From: an uncultured Nitrososphaerota archaeon
Lineage (GTDB): Archaea > Thermoproteota > Nitrososphaeria > Conexivisphaerales > DTJL01
Assembly: GCA_963842885.1 (NCBI GenBank)
Contig: CAWJIE010000002.1
Location: 128,001-192,000 of the forward strand
DNA length: 64,000 nt
Direction: 5' to 3'
A program made the translations under genes and the position numbers. Below are positions 27,194 to 39,383 of the stretch, piece by piece (the first letter of the stretch is position 1; each line of letters begins with the position of its first letter). The notes below the pieces were generated by a model that was not told the origin of the DNA, searched no databases, and saw only the letters and a program-made list of their open reading frames with translations.

Positions 27194-27898
27194 TTGGACG
27201 CGATGCAGGTTAAGCGATTGTTCAGGGACCTGAAAGGTTGGGACAGCGAACGAGATCAGCTCTCTCCTCAATTGCGCGCTTTCTCAGCCCAGCAACGTCT
27301 GGACTTGGTTCGTCAGGTATCCCCAAGGGGGAAGATGATCCTTGATGCGGGTTGTGGCGAAGGTCGCCTATCTCTAGAATTGTTCAGAAACGGAGCCAAA
27401 TGCGTCTTCGCTGTGGACCTCTCGTCAGAGGTCATGAAGAGGGCGGGCGAAAGGGCAATGATTTACGGCTATGATTTGAACCTGGTCCGTTGCGATATCG
27501 AAAGGCTGCCATTGGTGTCTGAAACCTTCGACATTTCAGCTTGCTTGGACACATTTGTCCACCTCCCCAATCCAAGGCGCGGAATGCAAGAGCTCTCAAG
27601 GGTCACTAAGAGGGAGGGCAAGATAGCCGTCAACATGACCAACAGGAACCCTATCTGGTACATCTCCATCTTCGGGCTTTCGGGCATTGTTCGTTTCTTC
27701 AAAGGCGTCCTCCTCTACTACTTTCCCGAACCCTTCGTCATGCTTCTTTCAAAGCTCACACGAAGACCATATTTGGGAAGGCATATGTCTAGGAAGGAGT
27801 TTGTGAGCCTGTTCAGAGGATTAACTCTCGAAGCATTCAAAGAATACGGTTTGAGGTCATCGGTGTACTTCTTAGCTATTGCAAAGAAGCATCCTTGA
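27194..27898 (+). CDS. Class I SAM-dependent methyltransferase
   Basis: ILDAGCGEG, VDLS, DIERLP and FD motifs. Confidence 0.9.
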   Translation: MDAMQVKRLFRDLKGWDSERDQLSPQLRAFSAQQRLDLVRQVSPRGKMILDAGCGEGRLSLELFRNGAKCVFAVDLSSEVMKRAGERAMIYGYDLNLVRCDIERLPLVSETFDISACLDTFVHLPNPRRGMQELSRVTKREGKIAVNMTNRNPIWYISIFGLSGIVRFFKGVLLYYFPEPFVMLLSKLTRRPYLGRHMSRKEFVSLFRGLTLEAFKEYGLRSSVYFLAIAKKHP

Positions 27899-27966
27899 TT
27901 CGAATTGGAGGAACCTGATTCTCAACCGAGATAGAAATATAAGGTCCAACTCCCCTTCTTGCTCTA

Positions 27967-28803
27967 TTGCCGGTTGGTGTAACGGAGCCTGTCACCATCA
28001 GCGTATCTGACCATGTGTCTTTGAGGCTCTATCCTGACTCACGACCTCACTTTTTGGAGAACGCAACACTTCAGAAGGGCTTGGTGTTGGTGTTCGATGG
28101 AGAAGAGCTCATCGAAGAAGGCATGGGTCTAGGAACGCCCGTAGTCAGGTACTCCAACGACACATACTTCTCAAGCTCCGCCCACACCTTCATTGAGCAT
28201 GAGGATGACACCAACGAAGTCCTGAAGAAGTCCTTCTTCATCGATTCCGTATCCAGGAAGCGCATCTGGAATGGACCCTTCATCAACGCCCGGATTTACG
28301 ACATCATTCATCTTGCATTTGCCCGAGCGTATGTTTCAAAAGGGCATCCCAATAGATTCTTGACCAAGCTGATTGAAATGAGGAGGGCTCTAGGAATACG
28401 CACACAGTTTATTCAAACCCAGTCAAAGGGGAAGGTCACGATCAGCTACAGACGGATGTCCAACGTCATCCAGGTGCGTGCTGACTTGAGTGAACTGCAC
28501 AGATCAGGGTGTGTGGAAATCGTCATCATGAATGAAGCTGGATCGACATTCTTCACGAAGTATACAGATCGAAATGGTCTGGAGCTAGTAAATGATGAAA
28601 TTGGGGCGTGGAACAAGGTCGAAGCTTCGGAGGCTTCTCTCTCAGACGTCAGCGGGACCCTGCTCTTCAGTCTGAAGAAGACGGAGGGGGCCGATTTGTA
28701 TAGGGGATGGGAACGGGTCAGAGGACGTCTCTCCTGGGCTGGATTGAGCTACTCCCTAAGAGCTTGGAAGCCGGTCTTCGAGTACTACATCAGAATAAGG
28801 TGA
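27967..28803 (+). CDS. Hypothetical protein, beta-rich, coupled to the downstream radical SAM gene
   Basis: 278-aa ORF; LQKGLVL...EEGMGLGTPV; stop 5 nt before the next ATG. Confidence 0.7.
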   Translation: MPVGVTEPVTISVSDHVSLRLYPDSRPHFLENATLQKGLVLVFDGEELIEEGMGLGTPVVRYSNDTYFSSSAHTFIEHEDDTNEVLKKSFFIDSVSRKRIWNGPFINARIYDIIHLAFARAYVSKGHPNRFLTKLIEMRRALGIRTQFIQTQSKGKVTISYRRMSNVIQVRADLSELHRSGCVEIVIMNEAGSTFFTKYTDRNGLELVNDEIGAWNKVEASEASLSDVSGTLLFSLKKTEGADLYRGWERVRGRLSWAGLSYSLRAWKPVFEYYIRIR

Positions 28804-28808
28804 CAAGT

Positions 28809-30159
28809 ATGGTTGACCTCCTTCTAATCTACCCCTACTACAACGACAACAATTCGATCTTCAAATTCCCCCCTCTCGGTGTCGGCTATATTGCCTCCTA
28901 CGTGAAGAAACATGGCTATTCCGTGTCTATCATGGACTGTACGTTCATGCGTGAACAGGACGCCGTAACCAAAGCAAGAAGCATGAAGCCTAGAGTCATC
29001 GGGATCTACTCGATGCTGAGCATGAAAGGGACGGCAATCAGATTAGCCAAAGCGCTGAAAGGTCAAGCCGAATTGACGATCGCCGGCGGACCCCTGCCGA
29101 CATCTTCGCCCGAATCGTTCCTGGACGATTTCGACATAGTAGTCCTTCGCGAGGGTGAAGAAACGGTACTTGAAATCCTTGCCGCTCTCGATAAGGGTAG
29201 GGGCATTTTCGAGGTCGATGGCATAGCGTACAGGGGCCATGACGGATCCACTGTCAAGACACCCGCCCGAAGATTGAACCCGGACTTGGATTCCCTGCCC
29301 TTTCCGGAAAGAGAGATGTATGACCATGAGAGGTACAAGAGCTATTATCGAAGGCACCATGGTTACACAATCACCTCAATCATGACTTCGAGAGGGTGTC
29401 CGTTCGACTGTGACTTCTGCAGCCGTCCGGTCTTTGGGAACGTCTTCAGGAGTAGGTCCGCCGCAAACATAGTCGATGAAATGGAGACGATCAAGGAATA
29501 TGGCTATGACAGGATATGGATAGCCGACGACATCTTTCCTCTCACCAAGAAGATCGGTCTTAGAGCTCTGTGACGAGATAACGAAAAGAAGGCTGGGCAT
29601 TTCGTGGGAATGCCTCTGCAGGTCGGACCTTCTGGATTTGGAAATCGCGTCAAAGATGAAGGCTTCCGGATGTCGTCGCGTCTTCTTCGGCCTGGAGTCA
29701 GGGAACAATGAGGTTCTAAAACTGATGAGGAAGCGCATCACCACCAGCCAAGCTCGAGAGGCGGTGAAGACGGTGAACTCCGTTGGGATCAGGGCTGGGG
29801 CATTCTTCATACTGGGCTATCCTGGAGAGTCAAACGATACCATGCTCGACACGATGAGGTTTGCCTCGTCCCTCCCGTTGGACTACCTTTCGTTCACCGT
29901 GCCATATCCGCTCCCCGGCACCGCGCTCTTTGAAAGACTCAAGGATAGGATGTCGGTCGATGAGTGGAAGAAGCCAAAACCAGCTTTCCTTGACCATGTC
30001 CTTCTCTACAGGTCTGAGTTCTCCATGAGCAAGTTGAGATTCGGTATCATCATGGCGACGTCTCAGCACTTGTTGAGAAAACACCTCGGTCCAGGATATC
30101 CCTTAGTGGGGAAACCCATTGACGTCGTTACTGACCGCATCTTCACGGCACTAAGGTAA
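28809..30159 (+). CDS. Cobalamin-binding radical SAM protein; frameshift near 29550-29565
   Basis: PPLGVGYIAS, GGPLPT, REGEET, TSRGCPFDCDFC; continues GLESGN, FILGYPGE, PYPLPGT. Confidence 0.9.
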
Positions 30160-30403
30160 GGATCTAACCTGTTCTGTTCCAAGGCTCCGGTCCATCATAG
30201 CCATCTTGAGCGGCTCGCCAAGTCCAAGAGTTCGACCACCGGGGCCTGATGCTGGGGGTAGGCTGCAGCCGCCGAGCGTCTAATTGAAATATGTAATCTG
30301 GTTCATGGAGGGAAGAGCGGCGGGAGCATGACGGAGACGTCTTGAGGGAACTCCATTCGGTCAGGGGTGACTAACGCTGGCGTCGACGGTTTCATACCTC
30401 CTC

Positions 30404-32719
30404 ATGACGTGGCTCTCCGCCTCTACATACATGCTTTCGGGCTACACCCTGGTGACTGCGGCATCCCGCCTGGCCCGGGCGCTGGGAGCCCGCGTCAATC
30501 CCTTGCCGCTGCACAAGCTCGCCTCCGGCCTCGTCGCCGCGGTCTTCCTGGTCTGCGTCTCCAGCTTCCCCTTCAGGGTCGGCCTGGGCTCCATGGGCCC
30601 CTACCTTGACACGGTCGGGTCTCTCCTTGCGCTCCTCGGCGTCATCGGTGTGGCGGCTCCTGGCTGAACGACCTGAGGGGGTCGGGCGCGCTGGCGGAAG
30701 GTCACGCCGGAAAGCGTCGTATACGGAGCCGTCCTCGTCTCTCTTCTGGTGGTCATCTCCTACTTCTTCGTCACCCAGTCCGTCGACACGAACTACGACT
30801 TCTACTACGCCAACTACAAGGCGATAGGCTGGGCGCTCCACGACGGCAACATGGCGAACCCCCTTCTGCAGCCCCTGTACGACCAGAGGGGGTTCCCCGC
30901 CTACTGGAGCTACGTGGCCCTCGACGGGGTCCTCGGCCAGGGGGCCTCTCTGTTTTCGGTCATGCTGGCGGCCCTGCTGCCCTCTGCCTGACCGTCTACG
31001 CCTTCGCAAAGGAGCATCTTCGGTAGGAAGGTCGGGATGGCCGCCTCCCTGGTGGTCCTCGCCTCGCCGCTCACCTTCCTCTATTCGTACAGGGGCCTCG
31101 ACATGGACCTGTTGTCTATTCGGCTGTGTTCCTGGCCTTCTACGCCACGCTGAAGGCCCTGCGAAGGGACGAGGGCTCCTGTCGGCTGGGGCCTCCTGGC
31201 GGGCGTCTCCTCCGGGGTGGCGCTGATGGCCGACCCGAAGGGGTTCATCGTCCTCCTCCTGATCCCCACGGCCGTCGTGATTTCCGTGGGCAAGAGGGCG
31301 GCGAAGGCGCTCTGGGCGGCTGCGGTCTACGTGCTTCCTGGCGTACGAGGTCGTCGGCCCCGTCGCATAGAGCCGGCCTCCCCATGGGCCTACTGCCCTG
31401 TCCTGCTGCGGTGCTGGCGGTCCCCTTCGTCGTCCTCTTCGGCGTGATGACTAGGTCAGCGGAGGAGGAAGGGCTTCCTCTCCGTGAACCCAGGAGCGCC
31501 TGGCCTTCGGTCTGGGCGTCGCGCCTGCAGCTGGTATGGACTGCCTTCTTCGGCTACCTCCAGCTCTGCCTCCATCCTGTCCCGGGGCTTTCCGTGCCCG
31601 TCGGAATCTCCTACGTTACCAGCATCTGGTCAACGCGCCGAACATGCTCTATGCCGTGCTGGGCGTCATCTCCTATCCCCTTCTATGGTGTCCCTCTCGA
31701 CCATCCTCGGCCTTTCGGTCGCCATCTACGCCCTCGTTAGGCGCGGGAGACCTACCTGGCCCAGCTCTTCGCCTTCGCTCGTGGTGGTCGTCTCAGCGTC
31801 TACGTCTTCGCCTGGGGGGAGCATCGGCGCGGACAACTGGAGGTACTTCTACCTGATCGTCCCCTTCATCGCGATCCTGATGGCGAAGGGCTCGCTCGAA
31901 TCGGGGGGAGGAGAGGCTTGTCCCGCTCTCGGCCGCGTTCGCCGCGGCCTACGTCTTCACGATGGTGCCGGCAGCCCTGGACTTCAACGCCAGCTCACTC
32001 TGGTTCGCCAACGCTGTCCGCGGGATGGGCGCCTGGCTGGACCTTGCATGGGTGCCCTGGGTCGCTGGGCGGCCCTGCTTGGCCTGCCTACTGGGCCCTG
32101 ATGTCCCCGGAGAGGCACGCCGTACGTCTGAGGGAGATTCTCTCTAATGCAGTTCATCGCCGACATCTCCTGGTGGGCCTTGCGGCTGGGGCCCTCGCCG
32201 TCGTGTTGGTCGCTGCCGTGGTCGCCCCCTTCGCACCGTTCATCCAGGGCACAGCCTTCGCCGACATCTCCGGGGTCAGGGACACGGGGCCCACCTGGAA
32301 CGCCGGCCTCAGGGCGCCCTTCGAATACCTGGCGCAGGAGCACGCGTCCTTCGGCGGCACCGCCTTCCTGACCTACGCAGCCTACGGCATCGAGTACTAC
32401 GCGGGCGTGCCTTCTCTGGACATGAACCAGTCGGCCCAGGTCGCCCCCCTGCAGCCCTACATGCGGGACCCCTCGGCGCTCAGGGCCTTCCTTCTCGACC
32501 ACGGGATAAGGTACGCCCTCTTCCCCCTGCAGACCAACACGGCGAGGACGTAGGCCCCAGCGCCTACGAAATGATGTCGAGGACGGCCTTCGGAGGCCTG
32601 ATCGAAGGTTCGCTGGTCCTGAAGACCTGGGATGGCTGGGCCCTCTACGACCTTGCGCAGGGTATGAAGCTTGAAAAGAGCGGGTCCCCCGATGGAAAGT
32701 CGGCCTGCATCTGTTTATA
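30404..32719 (+). pseudogene. Multi-frameshifted GT-C (GT39/ArnT-like) membrane glycosyltransferase
   Basis: Consecutive hydrophobic fragments in alternating frames; DPKGFIVL, WRYFYLIVPFIAILMA, FLLDHGIRYALF. Confidence 0.6.
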
Positions 32720-32753
32720 AGTGTAAGCCGCTGAGCGTATCCATCGATTCCAG

Positions 32754-34691
32754 ATGAGGAAGTCGCTCGTCGCCGGCTCGGTATTTCTTATCGTCCTGTT
32801 GGTTTCCACCGTGGCCGTATACATGTTCCTGCAGACTGGCACGAGCCTTCCCCCCGCCACCCCCACCACCACCCACGATGAGCTGCAGACGCTGGGCTGG
32901 AGGACCCTGGTCAACATCACGAGGGGAGGGGACCCGCCGCCGACTGTGCGGTGGGACAACATCTACGGCGGGACGGGCCCCGACACGGGCCAGTCGGCCG
33001 TGGAGACCAGCGACGGCGGCTTCGTACTGGCCGGCGACACCAACTCCTTCGGGGTGACGTCCCAGCAGGCCTGGCTCGTCAGGACCAACTCCACGGGAGG
33101 GGTCATCTGGAACTACACCTACGGAGGGACCGCGGCGAACTACGTCGAGAAGGTGGTAGCCGCCGGGGACGGGGGTTTCGTCGTGGCTGGCTACACCAAC
33201 TCCACGGCGCCCATCGGATACACGCCCGCTAGGGGGGCGGGCGGCTACGACGGCTGGCTCTTCAAGGTCTCTTCGACGGGCTCCCTGACCTGGGAGAAGC
33301 TCTTCGGCGGCGCTGCGGACGACTTCGTCTACACGTCCAGAAGACGTCCGACGGCGGCTAATCATGGTGGCGGCACTCCTACGGAGCGGGGGGTCCGGGG
33401 ACTCTTGTTCTCATCAAGACGGATTCAGACGGCAACCACAGTGGAGCACGACCTTGGACGGGACGGCGAGCGACGACGTGGCCTATCGCGTCGCCCAGAC
33501 CTCCGACGGCGGCTACATCCTGGCCGGCGAGACCCTGTCCTCGGGCTCCGGCGACATCTATGTCATCAAGACCGACCCAGCGGGAACCGCAGAAGAGCAC
33601 GAGCTTTACGGCGGGGCCGGGGTCGACGCGGCCTACGGGGTCGTCCAGGCCTCCGGCGGGGGCTACATCATCGAGGCCAACACGAAGTCCTTCGGCACGG
33701 GTGCCTCCGAGATATGGATGCTCAAGCTGGACACCTCCCTGACACTGTGCTGGGACTACACCTACGGAGCCGACCTATGACATCTTCGGCTACTCCCTCC
33801 TCCAGTCGGAGGACGGGGGCCTGCTCGTGGCTGGCTCGATCAACTCCAGCCTCGGTACGCAGGACGTCTTCATCATGAAGGCCGACTCTCTGGGTAGCCA
33901 GATCTGGAACATGACCTTCGGCGGGCCGCGGGACGACGTGGCCTACTCCATCGCCGCCACCGGAATCGATGGCTATATCGTGGCGGCGACGACAGACTCG
34001 TTCACCGCCAACAACGCCGCCTGGCTGATAGACCTGGGCAGCGACTTCTTCCTCTATCCCTACGTGCAGAACGGGGTGCTGAACGCCACGATGATAGCGG
34101 GCCTCAGCGAGCCTCACGGTCCGTCCGGCGCCGCCAACTCGCTCGATACGGTGGCCGGCATGGAGGTGGCAGAGGGGATGGGGGCCTTGAAGTCCTCCGG
34201 ATACGGCCAGTACTTCTTGGACACGGACGTCTCTGCCTACAACTACACTTCAGCTGCCGTGACCTACATCTACAACAACCTGACCAACATAATCACGATC
34301 GGCGGCCCCGGCGTCAACCAGGTCACATACAGGTACATCGCTAACCCCTGGTACGCTCCGGTCCATTACGAATTCAACTCGACTTCCGGGAAAGTTCGAC
34401 ATTATATCGCCGACACGGACCTACTATGAGAGCGATTGGGTCAACTCGACGGCCGACCTGGTCGTTCTTGAAAGCATCTTCGTGGCCAGCGAAGGGAGAT
34501 ATGTGATGTACCTGGGCGGCTTCGGTGGCCCGGCGACCAGGGCCGCCTGTCTCATAATGCAACTCCAAGGAAGCGGCCTCCTCCCGTTCACGCTGCAGGG
34601 GAGGGCGATGATCATCCAGTGGGTCGACTCCAATGCCAACGCCAAGGTGGACTCGGGAGACACATTCAAGGTCATTGAAATCGTCCCCTAG
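32754..34691 (+). CDS. Secreted surface protein with TSDGGYILAG beta-propeller repeats and an S-layer-like C-terminal domain; several frameshifts
   Basis: Repeats ETSDGGFVLAG / QTSDGGYILAG / QASGGGYII across ORFs 32754, 33364 and 33827; ITIGGPGVNQVT motif. Confidence 0.7.
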
Positions 34692-34739
34692 GTCTCCCCA
34701 AGACGCTGGAGCCTAGGCCCTACACTTAGACCGGACGCC

Positions 34740-35494
34740 TTACTGCACCAGCCGCACGATGCGCCGGCCCAATGAGAGGAGAGCCCTGGGGGGATGATGC
34801 CTGACGACCAGGTTGCTCACGTCAAGGATGAGCAGCGCCCATCTCCTCTGAAACCTCTGTGAAAGCCCGTTTCCATCGGCCTTCTCACAGATGGTCATTG
34901 TGTCGATAAGCCTCAGGTTCCTGAACCGGCTTGACTTGTATACGACATCGCGGACGGCCCTTGGTACCCCCGGCCATACGCTGTTGACCGTGTCGTGAAT
35001 GGCCATGACCCCCCGTCCACGACCTTCGGGAACCAGAGCTCCACGTCGAGCTTCGCGTCTTCATACTCGTGAGACCCGTCGACGAACACGAATGCCACCC
35101 TGTCCTGGACCTGAGTCGCAGCCTCAGCGGAGGTCATCACATAGGGGACGACCAAGTCTTCGATCCCCGCACGCTTCATGTTTGCCTTGAAGCCCTCGAA
35201 GGTCCCCTGCAGCACAAGTTCTCCGGTGTCGGCTGAGCCACCGCGATGTGGATCGATGGCATAGACCTTGAGGCCTGAGCCCGACCTGGACCCCTTCGCC
35301 AACCAGGTGGTGGACTTCCCCTTCCAGGAGCCGATCTCCACGATGACCCCGGGGGAACGGCATCCTCTGGCCAGGGCGAACAGGGCCTCTCCCTCAGCGT
35401 CGCTCAGCCAGCCCTCGGTCTTGCCGGCGAGCTTCCTTGCCTCTTCCAACAATGGGTCCCTCCCTCGAGGCACGACCGCCATCAGCGAAATCAA
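34740..35494 (-). CDS. Class I SAM methyltransferase (Methyltransf_24-like); frameshift near 35020
   Basis: EGWLS..E, VEIGSWKGKST, AIDPH, FVDGSHEYE, then AIHD...WPGV in the next frame. Confidence 0.85.
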
Positions 35495-35653
35495 GAATGG
35501 TCGAAACAGAGGACCGTATAAGAGTAACGGGCGACAGGGCAGAGCTCGCCTCCTGAATGTTCTGGAACGCCTGAAGTCAGTTGAATAAGACTCCCAACAG
35601 AAATGTAATTCATTAGGGGTCGTTTAAATGGAGAATCGCAAAGAGGCCTCGGA

Positions 35654-36577
35654 TTGGCCCTAGCCAGCGTATCCGTGGGCATCTGTGCCTACACGGAGCT
35701 GTCCAACACGGTATCGTTGGTAGACCAGATCCTGGCGATAGAGACAAAGGAGTTCCAGCTCCGCGAGGTCATAGTGGCCACGCCCAACCAAGCGCTGGTC
35801 CGGAAGCTCGCCGGCAGAGACGAAAGGCTTCAGGTCGTCTCAGAGGAGCGCAGGGAGGGCAAGGTCGCGGCCTTGAACAAGATCCTCCAGCGTGTGAGGG
35901 GGGACGTAGTGGTATTGGCTTCGGCCGACATAAGGCTGGGCGAAGACTCGCTGCAGAGCCTGGTGCGGCGTCTCCTCGACGACTCGAGGACGGGCGCCGT
36001 CGACTCGCACGTGGAGCTTCTCAACAGGAAAGGGACCCTGATGGACAAGGTGAGCCTCCTCCTGTGGAGGGTCCACAACACGACCCTCGAGGCCCTGGAC
36101 GACGAGGGAAGGCTGGGGCACACGGCCGGCGACCTCCTGGCCTTCAGGAAGGGGCTGGTCGAGAAGATACCCACCATGATCGTCAACGACGACGCCTTCA
36201 TCGCCCTGGCGGTGAAAAAGAGGGGGCTGGCCATCAGGAGGGTACAAGACGCCAAGGTCTGGGTGGCAGGCCCACGGACACCCGCCGACTATGTATTTCA
36301 GAGAAGCCGGATCCTGGGCGGGCACCTCCAGCTCGTGAGGAAGGAGAAGACCATCCCTACGACCTTCGAGTTCACCCTCCCGTCGTCACCCTTCAGGAAC
36401 ATGAAGCTCCTGATGAGGACCATCGCCACGATGGGCGCCTCCTACGTCTTCGTGTTCGGAACGGCCGTGCTCTTGGAGTTCAACAGCCTCATGCTCGCCA
36501 TCTGGCACCAAGCTAGAGGGAAGGACGAAACGCGCTGGAGGACAGTCACCTCCACGAAGGAGCTCGACGGGATATGA
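35654..36577 (+). CDS. GT2 family glycosyltransferase
   Basis: SVGICAY, REGKVAALN, ASAD, NDDAFI and QRSR motifs. Confidence 0.85.
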   Translation: MALASVSVGICAYTELSNTVSLVDQILAIETKEFQLREVIVATPNQALVRKLAGRDERLQVVSEERREGKVAALNKILQRVRGDVVVLASADIRLGEDSLQSLVRRLLDDSRTGAVDSHVELLNRKGTLMDKVSLLLWRVHNTTLEALDDEGRLGHTAGDLLAFRKGLVEKIPTMIVNDDAFIALAVKKRGLAIRRVQDAKVWVAGPRTPADYVFQRSRILGGHLQLVRKEKTIPTTFEFTLPSSPFRNMKLLMRTIATMGASYVFVFGTAVLLEFNSLMLAIWHQARGKDETRWRTVTSTKELDGI

Positions 36578-36773
36578 GCGGCGGAAAGCGCGTGGACTTC
36601 ACTCGCGAGTCAGGATTAAATACTGAATCGCCGACCTCCGTCCGTAGCCTCTTGATGTCAGCTCGGACAGTCGTCGGTTCGATGGTCGCGGCCCTCTGGA
36701 TGCGGCTCTCGGGGCTCTTCGCCCCCGCCTCCAGCATCCGCCTTTTCCTCGCCGGAAGGGCCTGGCCCGAGAA

Positions 36774-38252
36774 ATGGGCTCCGTCGATGAGCCCCTGGGG
36801 TCGCCGGAGGGGATCCCGCCATGGGTCATAGCCTTGCTGGTCCTCCTCCTGGTGGCGGCCATCATTGTCTTGGCCATATCTGTTTCTCGTCCCGCCCGGT
36901 CCGCCGCCGTACACCTAGGCGCCGTCCGCTGGGGAGACTTTGGCCACAGGGCTCTTGGGACAGGGGAAAAGAGGCCCTCTCATCCGCTGCCGAAGTGGCT
37001 CCTGATCGGCTTGGCGGCCAGGCTGCTAATAGCTCCCTTCCTCGGCCACTACTACGACGACAGCGCCTTCATGGTGGTGGGGGCCGCCGTGGCCCACGGC
37101 CTGTCGCCCTACGGCATATACAAGGTCTGGGATTATTTCCCCAACATCAACTACCTGCTCTACGGCAACCTCCAGGGATACTCCTACGGTGTGGGGTACC
37201 CCCCGTTCTGGGGTCTGCTCCTGGGCGGTCTCTACTCCACATCATATGCGCTGACGCACAACCTCTATGTCTATAACCTCGCCCTGAAGCTCCCCATCAT
37301 AGCGGGGGACCTGGCCTTCGCCCTCCTCCTCCAGAAGGTCGTGCTGAGGGTCACCGGTGACGCGGGGACGGGGAGGAAGGCAGCGGCCATCTGGTTCCTC
37401 AACCCGTTCGTCATGATCGTAGGGGTCGTCTGGGGCCAGTTCGACGTCCTCCCCCTCACGTTCATACTGGCCTCCCTGTACCTCCTCTACATCGGCCGCT
37501 GGAAGTGGTCGGCCGTAGCCCTGGCCTTGGCCAACGAGTTCAAGCCCATAGGCCTCGTCCTGGTGCCCATCCTCTTCGTATACGCCTGGAGGGTGAAGTC
37601 GCTGAGGAGGGCGTTCTACTTCTCGTTCCTCACGCTGGGCGTCTTCGTCGGAATCACATACTCGATAATCCTAGGGCTGGGCTGGCCCCTGAGCAACTTT
37701 ACCGCGTGCCAGACCTACCAGGTGTCGGGGGTACTGGGGGGAGGAAGCCTGTACCTTCCCTACGTGGCGTATTACTTCTTCGTCCATGGCGTCGACCCGA
37801 CCTACTTCACCCCCATCCTAGGGATATTGTGGCTCCCCGCCATCGCGGTCGTCATGCTCGCGTACATGTATCGCGAGAAGAGGGCCACGTTCACCTCTCT
37901 CCGTTTTCTGGAGCATCCTCAGCGTCGCGGTCAGCTACGCACCAGGACATTCATTGACGAAACCCAGTTCATCATCCCGATCTCCCTAGTGCTGGTCTTC
38001 GCCGTCTGCCTGAAGCCCCCATCCCACAGGGAGTTCCTCATCCTGACGGGAATCATGACCGCGTTCGTGCTGGTGCACTTCCCTCCGGTCTACTTCGATT
38101 GGATAGGCTACTCGCAGGCGGTGAACGCGGCCGAAGCCTTCACGGAGTCGCCGTTCTGGGGGGAGGTGCGCTGGGTTGTGACCTCTCTCCTGATCTACGC
38201 CTACACCTTCCATCTGAGCAGGTACCTGTGGAGGGCCAGAGGGTCTCCTTGA
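36774..38252 (+). CDS. GT-C membrane glycosyltransferase (GT87/PIG-M-like)
   Basis: GHYYDD, GYPP, KLPIIAGDL, FLNP and WGQFDVLP motifs; many TM helices. Confidence 0.8.
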   Translation: MGSVDEPLGSPEGIPPWVIALLVLLLVAAIIVLAISVSRPARSAAVHLGAVRWGDFGHRALGTGEKRPSHPLPKWLLIGLAARLLIAPFLGHYYDDSAFMVVGAAVAHGLSPYGIYKVWDYFPNINYLLYGNLQGYSYGVGYPPFWGLLLGGLYSTSYALTHNLYVYNLALKLPIIAGDLAFALLLQKVVLRVTGDAGTGRKAAAIWFLNPFVMIVGVVWGQFDVLPLTFILASLYLLYIGRWKWSAVALALANEFKPIGLVLVPILFVYAWRVKSLRRAFYFSFLTLGVFVGITYSIILGLGWPLSNFTACQTYQVSGVLGGGSLYLPYVAYYFFVHGVDPTYFTPILGILWLPAIAVVMLAYMYREKRATFTSLRFLEHPQRRGQLRTRTFIDETQFIIPISLVLVFAVCLKPPSHREFLILTGIMTAFVLVHFPPVYFDWIGYSQAVNAAEAFTESPFWGEVRWVVTSLLIYAYTFHLSRYLWRARGSP

Positions 38253-39276
38253 AGGTCCTCCAGCTGTCGACCTGGTATCAACCAACCCTTGGCGGGATCG
38301 AACTTCACGTGAAGAGGCTGACGGAGGAGCTCAGGAAGCTGGGGTGCGAGGTGGAAGTCATGACTCTGACCCCCGACGCTGTTGCCGCGACCTCATTCTC
38401 CCATGCGACTATCCCCGGCGTCCCCCTGGGCTTCGGCATCGTCCCATCCCCAGGCCTCTATCGGGCCGCACTCAGGGAGGACGCGGACGTAGTGCACGCC
38501 CAAGGATACGGGTGGCCCATGAGCTGGGTGGGGTACGCAGCAAGGAAGCTGGGCCACAGGCCCCTCGTTTTCACGACTCACTCCAGCCCCTACACTCCCA
38601 TCTATCCACTCTCATCGATCTCTGCAGGGCCGTGCCCGTCAGGGCGTCGGATGCAGTCATCGTCACCACCGACCAGGAGGCCGAGAGGGTGAGGAGGTTG
38701 GGGGTAAACGGAGAACAGGATCACGGTCCTGCCAAATGGAGTTGACCGCCCAATGCCCGCCCCTAGACATGGAAGGACCCGTACATACTCTGTATTGGGA
38801 GGATGGAGTTCCGCAGCAAGGGACAGGACCTCCTGCTGAAGGCGTTCGAAAGAGGGGCCTTCGAGCAGACCTTGGTGTACGCCGGAGACGGCCCCGACCT
38901 CGGCGCGCTGAAAGAGATGTCCGCGGGGAAGTGGAATGTCGTTGTCCTCGGGGCCGTGGACGAAGCGAAAAAAGCGTCTCTTCTTTCCAACGCGGACCTC
39001 GTGGTGATGCCCAGCAGGGTGGAGCCCTTCGGCATAGTGGGCCTCGAAGCCGTCTCCTACGGGCGGCGCATAGTGGCCACAAAAGTGGGAGGCCTCCAGC
39101 ACATAATGGAGCCATACGCCGTCCTAGCCGAGCCGGACGAAGCCGACATCGCACGCGCAATGAAGGCTTCGCTGAGCGGGGAGCCCATCCAGCCTACGAT
39201 GGACTTCTTTGAACGATACTCCTGGAAGAGCATAGCCGCCCGGACACTGGAGATCTATCGGAAAATTGCTAGATAG
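38249..39276 (+). CDS. GT4 family glycosyltransferase; frameshift near 38620
   Basis: MKVLQLSTWYQPTLGGIELHV, DVVHAQ, LPNGVD, KGQDLL and PSRVEPFGIVGLEA; TTGA overlap with the upstream stop. Confidence 0.9.
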
Positions 39277-39383
39277 TGCGACAGTCCGGCATGCCGTCGC
39301 CCAGAGGTTCCTACCGCTTGAGAAGATCCTGGTGGTGGAGCTGCACAGATAGGCGACCTTCGTAGAGTCGCCCAGCCCCGACA

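Noticed and set aside
24895-29570. Programmed frameshifting at two CCAAGAAG sites (~24901, ~29546)
   Set aside because: Not a canonical slippery heptamer, and many other indels nearby point to sequencing error.
32551-32553. In-frame TAG as pyrrolysine or readthrough
   Set aside because: The downstream coding continuation is in another frame, the region is indel-rich, and no pyl genes are seen.
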